From the human T2T-CHM13v2.0 reference genome, Homo sapiens, in the NCBI RefSeq assembly GCF_009914755.1, contig NC_060937.1: 64,000 nucleotides of DNA. One strand, written 5' to 3'. Position numbers and translations under genes: made by a program. The stretch's first letter is position 1; each line of letters opens with the position of its first letter. The notes under the pieces are model-generated. The model was not told the origin of the DNA. It saw nothing but the letters and a program-made list of their open reading frames with translations, and did no database searches. Below, piece by piece: positions 15,246-28,308 of the stretch.

Positions 15246-15887
15246 AATTTTTCATCATGTCCCAGTGGTGCATATTAAATGCATATTATAACTGTATTCA
15301 AAGGAGAATTGCCTGGACCCTGGATGAGGAGAGCAGCCCTGTATATCACAAATATATAGATGCCTCTGTCAGTGGAGATCCAGTGCTCAGTGCAATTCAT
15401 AACCCAGGAAACACCCTACTCATGTTTTGACCTGCACCCTTGAATGAAAGGAAACTGTTTAAATATGTGAAGATTGTACCAATGTTGACTTTCCAGTGGA
15501 CACTAATTTAGAGTATGGAAAGGTTTTGAACTGCAGAAAAGTTAAAAAAGACATTAACTTGTCAAATCCTTCATCTTGGCATGAATGCAATAGATCCTTC
15601 ACTAAGAAAATATTGTTTCCCACTAGTGCTAAGCTTCCATTTTCTTGCTTGTCATATTATTTCAGTTCATGACTCTGAAGATACTCATGATTTAATACCG
15701 TACTTCAAACAGCTGCACCTGGAAACTGAGTAACATTTTGCAATCTTAAATCATATTACTCTTATATTTGTATATGTGTAGGTCTATGTGGAACATACAA
15801 GAAATTTGACACTGATTCATAGATCATTTTATTATTTTACATTTTGTTTTTTAATACTTTTAGACTATTATGGTTTATAGAACATAT

Positions 15888-16232
15888 AACCTTCCCTCAG
15901 TATCCCTGGGGGATTGCTTCCAGGACCCCCATGGATACCAAAACCTGATATAAAATGGCATAGTATTTGCATATAACCTACATGCCTCTTCCTGTATACT
16001 TTAAATCATGTCTAGATTGCCTGTAACCTAAGTAATCTATTATTACTAATATTACATTGTACTAGGTATAATCTAGTCTTACCTAGTACAATGTAAATTC
16101 TAAGTAAATAGCTCTTATTCCGTATTGGTTTTTATTTGTGTTATTTTCATTGTATTGTTATTTTTTTGCTTCTTTAAAAAAAATTTTCAATCCATGTTTG
16201 GTTGAATCCACAGATACAGAGGGCCGATTGTA
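15888..16232 (+). mobile_element. MER2 (TcMar-Tigger) non-autonomous DNA transposon
   Basis: ccctcagtatccctgggggattgcttccaggacccc...gatataaaatggcatagtatttgcatataacctac...gatacagagggccgattgta, with inverted termini. Confidence 0.85.
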
Positions 16233-16590
16233 CACTCTTGTGCTTACAAAAAAAGGGGCACTGCATTTTCAATACAAATGCCTGGAACCATACTTTCACA
16301 TCTCATGTGAAATATCAAATGCCTAAATTCACAATTCTCTCTTAGCGTTTGCTTGACAGCAATTGGGCCATATGCTAAACTTCCATATTAATTCCTACAC
16401 ATCTGGTGTTTCTAGATAAGCCCCAAGTCAAAGTATTTACAAGGCTCTTTTTCCTATAATTTGCAAGGAATGAAACCACTTTTAATTTATATGAAAATCT
16501 TGATTATAACAATATAATTAGGGACTTTATTAAAATCAGTGCAAGAAAATAAGTTTCATGGAATATATACGAAATATTTCTGTCTTTCCA

Positions 16591-16642
16591 CATTAATCCA
16601 AATATTACCATTAATCCAAATATTAATATTAATCCAAATATT
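16591..16642. repeat. Three-copy ~18-bp tandem repeat of ATTAATCCAAATATT
   Basis: Direct reading. Confidence 0.9.
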
Positions 16643-19600
16643 CAGCCATTTCAAAAAATGGCTGAAAATATTTTTTATTTTGTTATGATGAAAGCATATT
16701 TGTCAAGATAGGAAGAAGAAATATATTTAAATATTTTTAGCTTATTTTATAACTTTTACATGTTTGGAAATATTGTATGGGGACTTCATGTGCCCCTCAG
16801 TGGGCCTATAAGAAAGGAGCAGTTACATCTATTGATGTGGAGCAAACAGGGAGATCGGGAAAGGCTTGGTGGAGAGGTAATGTGAGAGCTGAGTGTCTGG
16901 TGTAAAGGTTGTGAGTGGAGAGTGATTTGGACAGAGGGCATAACCTGGGCAAAGCTCCCCCGTGCATGTAACAGCAAATGTAGTGTTGGCAGTTGGTGGG
17001 AGTGTCTAAGCCATGTTATGTCTCTGGACTGTCAGAGCCAAGGCCCTAGATGTGGTTATCCCACAGAGCATCTGTGTGGCAAGGCCTTGCAGAGACAGGC
17101 CAGTGGCCCCACTGTGACATCTCACCCTCTCTGTAGTGGCACCCTCCACTCCAACACTAGGCGCTGTCATCTCAAAACACAATTAGCATCTCCACTAAGA
17201 AATGGAGTTCAGAGGATGTTAACAGGTATATATATATAATGAAGCAAAAGAATAATATTGGAAGCTAAACAAAGGCCATTTATCTCTGATCAGTAGCTCA
17301 CTGAAGGGAAAAGTGTTTTCCAGATCTGAAACCTTGCTGAGATTTTCAGACAGCCCTAGTAGATCAAAGTCCTCAATCCTGACAGGAAATATTCCAGCTC
17401 TGCCTCATTCTGTGTCCTTGGTCAGTGTCTGTGGTTTCCCAGTCTGCCCTAATGTTTGATGACACTAAGGATACGTGTTGCTGTTGTGCCCCTGTTTGTT
17501 TGGCCACTACAGGGGATTGCTCCCTCAGGAACCTGTAGCTCTTCATTTTTTTCATTACATTTATTTACCCAGTGACATACTATATTTTTTTCTTTTATCT
17601 TCTTCTCACCTCCTTTGTCTTTCCTCTTCTTCCATCTCACCCATCATCATCTATTCTGTCTACAGATGCAGTATTTTTATTTTTAAAACCTTGCATTTGT
17701 ATCATGTCCCACACATACCCAGAACCCATTTATTCCCCAGATCTTAACTTAACCATGTATGTGCCAGGCATAGAGAAAACTAGGTTGAAAAAGACAAGTT
17801 CCGAGACCTTTAGGAGTGTAAAAAAATAGCTATCATATTTCTTCTGCTTCCTATAAAATACAGAACACTTGGATCCAAATCAAATATTTTATTTTATCCT
17901 CATAACAACCCTGTGAAGTAATTATTATCATCATTGCAAAAAGCAATCTGCAGTATCTTTGTCTTATTTTTCCACCACTGCTTAAAATACCACTTTCATC
18001 TATCTCTTTAGTTCATGTTGGGCATGAAATCCACAAAGGATCTCATTAATTTTCCTTTCAAACTCATGTTCCTCCATCACCTTCCAGTCTTTTACCAGCA
18101 TAAGTTCTTCTTAAAAATTCAGCACCTTTTCTCATGACTTTCTGTTTGTTATTTTATAAATGAATATTGGAGCTCCCTCCTCACATTCTCCTAGATAATC
18201 CAGTATTTGTTTTTAAAGTACATATATGGCTCTTTATTTTATATGCAGGCCCTAATAGCCTCTTCAGGGAAGAGCCTAATTCACCGTATAAATCACAGTA
18301 CCTTGTATTTAGCAAGTGCGTAATGTAGATTAGCTGAATTTAACAAAATGTGCAGATTAATTTATTGTGCCTTTAGTTTATGTCTGTGAATAAGTCTTTT
18401 CATTTCCCAAATAACCTCAGTGTTCCTATTGAGTTTTACCTTGTCTTTAAAAACGCTTTTCACAATTTGAATTTTTGTACCTTTCTTTAGAGCTGATACA
18501 TGACCCCAGACAATCTGATATTTTACTGAAATTAAATAAGGATATTTCTGAATTTTTGCCTGTGTCTGTAGTCAAAATACTAAGTCATAAAGAACCCAAA
18601 CTTTGTCCTGTGGTTTCTACAGATCCCTATGACTACTAAACCACTAGTTACTACTGGCAGTATGAACCTATAAGCAGTGGTTTGCAGATGTTCAGAGTGA
18701 TCTGATCATCTGTCTATATTTTTTTAATCAATGACCTGACATCAAAACTTTACTGAAGATCGAGTAGATAGTTCCATTTTTCTCTCTAAGCTTTATCATT
18801 CCATTATGGGAAGAAATTTAGATTGCCATAGTAAGGTTTCTTTTACACGTATGTGGACGACTCCACAAGTATAAACATGTTTGCCTTCAGCACTGATAAT
18901 GTGTTGGGCCTTTTAGATAACTTCCCAGTCAACAGCAGCAAATGATGCTGTACTCATTTCTGCCAATTTTCTAAGAAGTCTGTATTCTTGTCACCAAGTC
19001 ATGCTTGTTTGAACACATCAAGAAGAGAGTAGTCTTATTAAGCAATGTATTGCCTTTTTTGAACCTGTTTTTCTGTCCATCATGTGACAGATACTGTACT
19101 ATACAGCTAGCTGATCAAAGGTGACTTTTAAAGACTGAGAGAGACACAAATGAGGAAAGCTTCTAACGTTCAGCCTTGTGTTCCTAGCTTTCCTTCACCA
19201 TCACAGGAAGAGGCCTATAGTTCCCTCTGGCTGACTCCATCATTTTTGAGCAGTTATTTGAGATTTAGCTTCTCTGATTTTATTCCTTTAAAATTCCTGT
19301 TTTCCTACTTTATTATTTAATTTTCCTCTCAATTTCTGGTGCTTTATTTCAGTTGCCTTCAATTTCTTGCTACCCCTTCTGTACACTGGAACAGTTAACC
19401 CTCAGTTGATTAAAGTGATTAAAAAGAAACAGACCCAGATAACTCAAAACTAATTTGTTTGACTTTGGATTTTAAGATGATTTTGTACCAGATTTGCATT
19501 CCTACTTGGGTTTTATTTAAGCTGCTATTATGATCAGTTGACATTCCTTAAGCATGTACCAGCTGGCTAATGGAGTGAACAGGCAGGCCTGAGGAAGCTG

Positions 19601-22339
19601 TGCTAGTATGGAAAATTGGCTGGAGATAATACACACATGGATCATTGAAAATTGATTGTGGTTTGTTCCTGTGCCCAGAAAACCGTCTGCTTAATGACTC
19701 AGCTCTCTTGGGTCTCCATGGAACTTAGTATTCTAATATAATTAATTAGTTTTACAAAGAAACCTTCAAGATATTGAAAAGAACCAAGTGTAAAAACTAG
19801 CATACCAAGAACTAAGTTTATGTCTGAATAATTTTTTAATTGTTCAAGTTCTGTATATACTTAGTTCTTATATATTCTCCTATTTGCTTTTCCTGTATTT
19901 TAATTACAGTTTATACTTCTTTCATCACCTCATTAAAAACTATCTTGTTTCATGCATGTTAATGTTTCATAATCTTTGATAATTTAAGTTATTTTGCCCC
20001 TGTGATCATGTAGAATAGAAACTGGATTTATAATTTCCTTACCCAATAATTCATTAATGAGATTTCTAGAGGAAACAACAGAGGCTACAGTAATGGGGAA
20101 GTTGCTGACTTTCTCCCCTTAATTTTGAAGGTAGTTATAGTGTTTTAAGGTTGGGATACTTGATTGCTAAGAATTGTTTTCTTCTTTGGAAGTAAAGCTC
20201 TGTAGAGGGAGCTTATGCAGGAGACTTTTGGGTGGGAAGTAGCGAATGCTCAACATTCTTAGGACAAAATAGTGATCAGTCCTCCTTCATTCCTTCCGCC
20301 TCTCCAGTATCAGCCTATCCCCCAGTTCTCTTTGAATGAATGCAGTAGTGGCACTCTGTTAGGCCTTTTTTTTCCCCATTTAGTTTATTTTTTGCCTTTT
20401 AATGATAAACAATTTCTCCAGGATTTGCTGCGCAGATATTTGTGGAGGAGATAGTCTAATAGAAGGATCAGATGATACCTAGCCTTAAAAACAGAGGTTG
20501 GGTTTTGTTTGCTTTGTTCCTCTTCCTCATTGCCCTTCTCCTTGATCGTTAGCAGTGTTACTTTGGGCAAGTTAGTCGATGTCTCTGAATATCACTTTCC
20601 ACATCTGTATTGGTGGTAATAACTATGTTATCATGGTTATATAGAATAGTACTTGGTATACTTAAAGCTCTATATCGACATTAGTTGTTGTTAAACCAAT
20701 TGCAGATACCTAACTTGGGTAGATCCGAACCATGGGAATGGGTCACGCTGCACCACTTTGGCTGTGAACAGCAGCTAAGCCCCCTTTACCAGTGGGAACA
20801 CGGTAGACAAGCTGACTGAGTGCCCTCCCACCCAGTATCTACTCCTCCTTTTATGGTCCTCCATCCTTGGTGAATTTGTTTCACCGCAGGCAGTCTTTCT
20901 CATACATATATCTTCTTTTCTCTTTGTACTCGTAAACCAGAAGGCATCCTTAAGCGTGCCAGGTAAAATTAATAACAGTGCTAGAGACAGTTTTAAGTAG
21001 AATCGAAACTAAAGAAGAGTCACTGTCAAACTTCAAGCTCTTGAAAGCACCTAGAATATGCCTTCAGGGTCTCTGCAAGAATCTTTACTGAGTATCTTCT
21101 GCAGATGTATAGCATTTCAGCTGGATTCTGACTCAAATAAGTTTCTATAGTCTGGTCCAGAAAGCTAGGCAAACATTTTAACATAGTTTTTATGGGAAAA
21201 CACATTCTAGTTTATTTGTAACTGATACATATTTTGTTCATAATTGGGGAACTGCCCCAAAAAGTTGTTTTCCTGATTATTTTTAACCATTTCTTTTGAC
21301 AGAAGGAGAGCACATAGGTGGATCTAGGTATGATTTATCTTTTTATTTTAAAACTACCACACTAATTTATGGGAAAGGAAGAGGCATATTTGGAATATTT
21401 ATACCCTTTAATTTTTTTACTTAAATCTATAAGGGTGAAAAACAATCTGTTTTGGACCTTATTAGGATAAATTTTGCTTGAACTGTAAGAGACAAAGTCC
21501 CCAGATCATTTCAGCAGGCCATATCATTATTCTAAAGAGCTGGAAGAAGCAGCATATGTGGTCATCAGATGAACTTACCTCTTTGTGATTCCATAAGAGG
21601 TTGGGCTGCGAAACTTGTGATTGAGGGAGTCAACATGTCAGTAGATAGGCAAGCGCTTTAGTTTTTCATTGATCTGTAGCAGTGGGCCTTCCCAAGAAGG
21701 ATCAGAAAATGTCAAGCTGCTGAGTTAACTGAAAAGACATCTTTTAAAGATCTCAATAAGAGTTTATTTTAAAATGAGTTACACAAAAATAAGCAGATGT
21801 ATTTTTGAAGATTAAGAGGTGGTGAAATAGTTTGAAAGCATAGTATTAGGAATATGGAGGTAAATAACGAGAAACAGATGAAAAAAGTTGAAATTGTTTT
21901 CTTTGGTGGGTAGGGCAGGATAATTTAGAAGACTGTTGTATTTAAAATCTTTTAAATAATATTTGTCTTTTTAAACTATGTACATGCTTTACTTTGATAA
22001 AAATCAACATGAAATAAAACATTCTTGTAAACAGAATGTTAATATCATTTGAAGATTATATAGTATATGGTAGCATTATAATAGTGTCATAACATTTTAA
22101 TATAGACTCTATATAATTATCCAGCTTCAAAAATTCATGATTAGATTTATAGTTCTGTCTTTGGACTATATTTGTTTTGGACTATATTTGTTTATACCTC
22201 TCTTTTTCTTAACTTTATTTTTTCTTAACTTTGTTATTGATACATCATATTCAAGTCAGGGACGATCATCTTCCTATGTTGCTACCCATAGCACCTTGCA
22301 CAGTATCTTACACATAGTAAAGTCTCAGAATATGGTTGA

Positions 22340-23420
22340 TAAATATGTTTTCTGTTTTTTTAACCTCTTCAAAAATTACACAAATAATACATGTTCATTG
22401 TAGAAAAAATAGAAAATGCAGCAATGCAAACAGAAAAAATCACCTTAAAACTCATCTTACTGTTTTGATAACATCCCTCCAAATTTTTTTATTATTATTA
22501 TTTTTATTTTTTTTAGAGACCAGGTCTTGCTATGTTGCCCAGGCTGGTCTCAAACTCCTGGCTTCAGGTGATCCTCTCACCTCACCCTCCCAAAGTACTG
22601 GGATTACAGGCATAAGCCACCACACCTAGCCGTCTCCAAATGTTTTTCTATGTAATATATATGTAAATAAATTTGAAATTAAGGTTATTCTACACATATT
22701 CTTTTGTACCAGCTTTATATACTGAATATGTTATGAGTGTCCTGTGCCAAAAATTCATTTGTCTTCATTTTTAATGACTGCCTAATCTTCCACATATGTG
22801 GATATGTTATGATTTATTTAACCAATCCTTTATCAGTAAATATTTAAGTTTTCTGTTTTTTCTTTAATTGTTAACAAGTAGTTTGAATATCCTTGTACAT
22901 ATACTTTTCCATACTTATTTGAATATTTTCATAGGACAAAGTAAAAAATTTTTAGATCAACTGGTATATACTATTCTTAAGGTTCTTTATTATGTTGCTG
23001 GATTGTCCTCCAGAAATGTAATATCAGCTTCAGTCCCCATTAGTAGAGAAGAAGTTATCCATTTCTCTACCCCCTCACTAACTAATGGGCAGAAACATTT
23101 ATCCTTGTTGAGTTCACTGGTACTTCTTTGAATAACAGTGAATTTGAAAAAATATAGATATATACATATTTGGCTGTTCATGTCTTTTGGTTATTCAAAT
23201 TAATAAGAAAAGATAATTCTTATATTAAGGATATATGATTTAACTGTCTCATATCAAAAATATTTTTCCAGTTTGTAATTTTTTTCTCTTCAATGTTGCT
23301 TCTCTTTATATTAATAGTTTCTTTTTAATTTATGTGTTCAAAATTGTCAACCATTTAAAAAAAAATTTGCCCCAGCAATCATGCTTCAAAAGTTAGTTCC
23401 TTTCCCAAGATCATGGACCT
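22340..23420 (-). mobile_element. Old L1 (L1ME-like) 3' fragment
   Basis: atttatttaaccaatcc...tgaatatccttgtacatatac antisense L1M 3' motifs. Confidence 0.6.
22484..22631 (-). mobile_element. Alu left monomer (FLAM_C-like)
   Basis: Single antisense arm with a probable target-site duplication ctccaaat. Confidence 0.9.
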
Positions 23421-23487
23421 GGAATGAATTGATTTTCAGAACTTAGTAGGGTGACTGCCTCTCAAATCTTTTCCTTTTTCTTATCAG

Positions 23488-23562
23488 GAAAGCAATAGAA
23501 GAACTGCTTAAGGAGGCAAAACGTGGGAAAACTAGAGCTGAAACAATGGGACCCATGGGTTG
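23488..23562 (+). CDS. POLR1D: POLR1D isoform-2 internal coding exon (75 nt, phase 2/2): (R)KAIEELLKEAKRGKTRAETMGPMG(W)
   Basis: Pyrimidine tract plus acceptor (ttttcctttttcttatcag, AG 23486-87) and donor TG|gtaagt (GT 23563-64). The frame is open and joins in frame to the 40796 exon (TG+G = Trp). I recognise the peptide as human POLR1D isoform 2. Confidence 0.95.
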
Positions 23563-24051
23563 GTAAGTTCTTTGAGTAATCTTCCTTAAAACTTAAGAAA
23601 AAATTCTTAGCTGGAGATATAAATATGTAAATCTTTAGCATATAGAGGAAATGGGAAACCATGGAAGCAGAGGAAATCTCTCAGAGACAAGTGTAGAGTA
23701 AGACACTGCTGAGAACTGAATGTTGAGAAACTCTAATAACATGAAGAAATGGGCAGCAGGCGCCTATGGAGGATACGCAGTATAGGTTCATTGTCCCTTT
23801 AGTTCACAAGTCTCCAAGAGGTATTTAGATACTACTGTGCGCAAAGTCACCTGTGCAAGAGTAATATTATGTTGGTGTTCATTGTTTAAGAATTTCTAGT
23901 TTACTTATAGTCCTTAGTAAATTAAAATTTATTTTAGGAAATTAATTTTAACTGTAAGCATTTTGATTATGTGACAATTCAGCCATGTAGAATTAAAGAT
24001 TACCTTTGCAGATTATGTACAAAATAGAGCTTGTTAAAACTTAATAATATG

Positions 24052-24188
24052 GGCTGGGCACAATGGCTTATGCCTGTCATCCCAGCACTTTGGGAGGCCA
24101 AGGTGGGAGTATTGTTTGAGCCCAAGAGTTTGAGAATAGCTTGGGCAACATAGTGAGACTTCATCTCTACAAAACAAACCAAAAAAAA
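24052..24188 (+). mobile_element. Alu left monomer (FLAM_C/AluJ-like)
   Basis: ggctgggcacaatggcttatgcctgtcatcccagcactttgggagg... followed by an A-rich tail. Confidence 0.9.
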
Positions 24189-24289
24189 CACCCTTCTAGG
24201 CACTACTTTAGTGATGCCATTTGCATTTGATGAATTTGTTGATTCTGGAATTTATATCTACAGTTAAAAACGTACTGCAATGGAATAAG

Positions 24290-26660
24290 GAGGGTCATTA
24301 AAAAGAGTAAAATGTAAAAATGTGAAAAGAGTAGAAGCTAAACTTCTGAACATAGCTCATTTTGTAATTTTGACATTTAGAACCATGCACATAGTTCACC
24401 TAAATTCCAAGACAAAAATTAAAATGGAAAAGATAATACCTAAAAATCAAGCAAAATAAAACATGGACCTGATAAACCATTGAGTGGATGGCTTAGCTAC
24501 ATGGAAAGAAACTATTTCAGGTGATCTGGAATTTGACTATATTTCCAAAAGATAAAAAATAACTACAAAGAAATTGTTTTCAGTCATCATATTGTTAGTA
24601 ATAATATTGGTATTGCTATTCTGAAAATATTATATAGTAGGATAAAACAAGCAATACTTTCTATATATAAATACCAAGATTTAACATGAAAATTTTAAAG
24701 AGCTACAAATATAAAATCAAAGAAATAAAAACCTACCTATAATCCTAAATTTGAATTGGAAACATCAGTATGAGGTTGTGCTAGATTTTCTCTTAAAAAA
24801 GAGAGGGAGAGAGAAAAGCTTTTTCTAGTTCTCTTCACAGAAAAGGTCTAGAAACAATGACCACCCACCCAGTAGCAGTGAGCACCCCGGTGCCAAAACT
24901 GTGTTATGTAAATACCATTTCTCACTGAAAGGAGAGCGGAATCCTTAGAGTAAGAACTGATTGCAGACCTGAAGCAGTGCCCAGAGTTAGCCAAACTGCA
25001 AAATTAGAGGTCACAGTCCCCAAGACTATCCTTACTTCTTATTACCAACCACAAGTTCAGAGGGTTCCCCCAAACTACCACGCTTAGCTTCAATAATTCA
25101 CTGGAAGAACTCACACAATTAACTGAAATCTGTTATACTTGTGGTTACAGCTTATTACAGGGACAAGATACAAACTAAAATCAGCCAAAATAAGACACAA
25201 AGATTAAAGCCACTGTTATCCTCTGCTCCATGAAGAGGACATGCTACCCTCCCAGCATCAGTGTGTGATAATAAGCATGGAATATTGCCAAGCAAGGAAG
25301 CTCATCTGCGGCTCAGCATTCAAAGTTTTTATTGCGGTTTCATTAAATAGGTTTGAAGTCATGATATGCTACCCTCCCAGCATCAGTGTGTGATAATAGG
25401 CATGGAATATTGCCAAGCAAGGAAGCTCACCTGAGCCTCAGTGTTCAAAGTTTTTATTGAGGTTTCATTACATAGGTTTGATTGATGGATGGATGGATGG
25501 ATGGATGGATTACATGACTGATCTCAGTTTCCAGGTTGACTGATACCACGTAACCCAAAGCTCTCACCCTAAGTCACATGTTAGTCTCTCTGGCATGGCC
25601 AGCTCCCACTCTAAGACTCTTAGGTGTGACCAGCTCCACCCTAAACAAAGACATTTCTATGACATTACTTTCTGGAAGCTAAGGCAAAGGCCAGCCCTCT
25701 CTTTGGGCCAAACCAAACTCTTGACTACATGGGCAGGAAATGTATAAGAGAAGCTGGAAAATCTTGTCACACCAGAAAGCAAAGAAACTGTCAAAGACCA
25801 ATGTACTCATTTCAGAAAGACTCAGGACCCACTTGAAAGGTCTCCCACTAGTCAAAGATGATATAATTTGATTTAAAAAACAAATAAATGATTAAAACAC
25901 CTAAAATATGTTAAAATCTGTAAGGTCATAATGATAATCATAATAACAAACCTGGTAGTCCCTTTTATAGGATGCTAGAGCACCAAATCACTATTCACAA
26001 AACTGATAAATAGGAAGAAGTAAGCATTTACCCTGTTCCCTGTACAAATTATACTTCAAAGTCACCAATTAATTGATGAAAGAAAACTTTACAGAAGAAT
26101 TGTAACTAATATATTAGAAGGATTATAGAATAATATTATCATCATTTGAGTTTCAACACATTCATTAACCCTTATACCACAGAAAGATGCAAGAAGAGCA
26201 AACCACCACCTCTGGGGCATCCTTGTCAAAAAATTGAACCTGAATCTGATCAAGTCTCTAGTTAGAACTACTAGTTTGCAAGAAATACAGAGGGCAGAGA
26301 AACATGTTAAATGACACCATAAGGCTGCAATCACAAAAATCCAAAATGTGAGAAATGCTACAGGACAAAGAACCCAGTTTCTTTAACAAATGAATTGCAA
26401 GGAGAAAAGAAAGAAGAGTATGCTGTGAATTAATAGATTTGAGGAACATCAAATAAAATGGGTACCTTGTTTGTGTCTTTATCCAAACTAACTGTAAAAA
26501 GTTATTCAACAATTGAGGGTATTTGATGATATTAAGGAACTGATGTTGATTTTTTAGGTGTGATAGTATTGCTGTTATTTTAATTTTTAAAAGCCATTAT
26601 CTTTTAGAAATGTATTCTGATATATTTATGGATGAAATTATATAATGAAATAATCCAATG
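24290..26660 (+). mobile_element. L1MC-type 3' region, interrupted by an LTR
   Basis: ggtctagaaacaatgacca...gcag on the left resumes as gggcaggaaatgtataag...caccagaaagcaaag after 25730. Confidence 0.65.
24977..25730 (-). mobile_element. MER21-like LTR containing a 125-bp tandem duplication and (ATGG)n
   Basis: gaactcacacaattaactgaaatctgttatacttgtggttacagcttattacaggg...aaaatcagccaaa motif. Confidence 0.7.
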
Positions 26661-26769
26661 TGAGTCAACCTGTATCTATCAAGTGTAATCATCTTAGCTT
26701 CAGTAAAATACCTAGTAAATAATAGATATATTATTTTAAAGTGAATACTGAAAAAAATGCTCAGCTTTA

Positions 26770-26891
26770 ATTTTGAATATTTATATTAATAGATGTAACC
26801 CACATAAACAAAAGCTCTTTGGGGTGTCCACAATCATTTTTAGGAGTGTGAGTGTAAAGTACCCTAAGACCACAAAGTTTGAGAACCACTA
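26770..26891 (-). mobile_element. hAT-Charlie terminal fragment
   Basis: Its reverse complement matches the start of the Charlie element at 28677 (agtggttctcaaac...ccccaaagagcttttgtttatgtgggtta). Confidence 0.75.
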
Positions 26892-27618
26892 TTATAAGAC
26901 AATTGAAAAAAATAAGAATGCCAGCAGGAATTATTGTCTTATAGACTCATGGGAAAAGTGGGAGGATGATAGTGAAAATCTGGTGAGATAATGTGTATGA
27001 AAACACCCAGCATGGTTCCTGGCATGTAGCAGTTAGTTAGTAAATATTAGTTAAATCTGCTCTTCTTTCCAGCCCTCCTCTGTGCTTTACAGAAATAAGG
27101 TGCCTCTACTATTGTGAGTCAGATTAGTATAAACTATTTAGGCACAGGGTGCTTTGGTTTCGGATATAAGGCTGTACCTTCATCAGGCTGTCAGTAATCA
27201 TTGGTCCAATCTAATACCTATTAGAAAGACTCAGCATAGAGTTAAAATCATGCAATTTACAAGTGAGTAAGAAAATATCAATTATAGTTCTTGCTCTGTA
27301 AGGAGCGTTCAAGGGGATTGGTTGTTTCTTGCCAGCTCTCCAGATAGACATCATTTATCCTGACAACTTTAGTACCACCTACTGGCTTCATAAAACTTTC
27401 TGATAGTAAAAGAACTAGTGTATCAGTGCTAGTTCTGCTCTCCCTGGGGAAAGTTACCATGTGCACCAGACTGTCTTGAGATTTGTGTGGGCATTGATGT
27501 ACTCTTTAGGAATAACACTGGTTAGGTTGGTAGTTACACAGAGTTACTGGGGACCCAGGCTCCTTCCAGTTTTCCAAATCTCCCAATCATAGGGTATGAC
27601 TCTTTTCTACATAGTCTA

Positions 27619-27988
<370 letters not shown>

Positions 27989-28020
27989 GAAAACTTGCCA
28001 GAAGTTGCATTTACCATTTC

Positions 28021-28308
28021 TTTTCTTTTTTTTTTTTTTTTTTTTTGAGACGGAGTCTTGCTCTGTCGCTGGATCTCAGCTCACTGCAACCTCTGCCTCC
28101 CGGGTGCAAGCAATTCTCTGCCTCAGCCTCCCGAGTAGCTGGGATTACAGGTGCCCACCACCATGCCTGACTAATGTTTGTATTTTTTTTTAGTAGAGAT
28201 CGGGTTTCACCATCTTGGCCAGGCTGGTCTGGAACTCCTGACCTAGTGATCGCCTGCCTTGGCCTCCCAAAGTGCTAGGATTGCAGGCGTGAGCCACCGT
28301 GCCCGGCC
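28021..28308 (-). mobile_element. Alu (AluS-like, ~20-bp deletion in the right arm)
   Basis: Antisense dimer; target-site duplication tgYatttaccatttctt. Confidence 0.95.

Noticed and set aside
16591-16642. Short direct-repeat arrays considered as CRISPR-like
   Set aside because: No unique spacers, eukaryotic context and no cas genes; simple tandem duplications.
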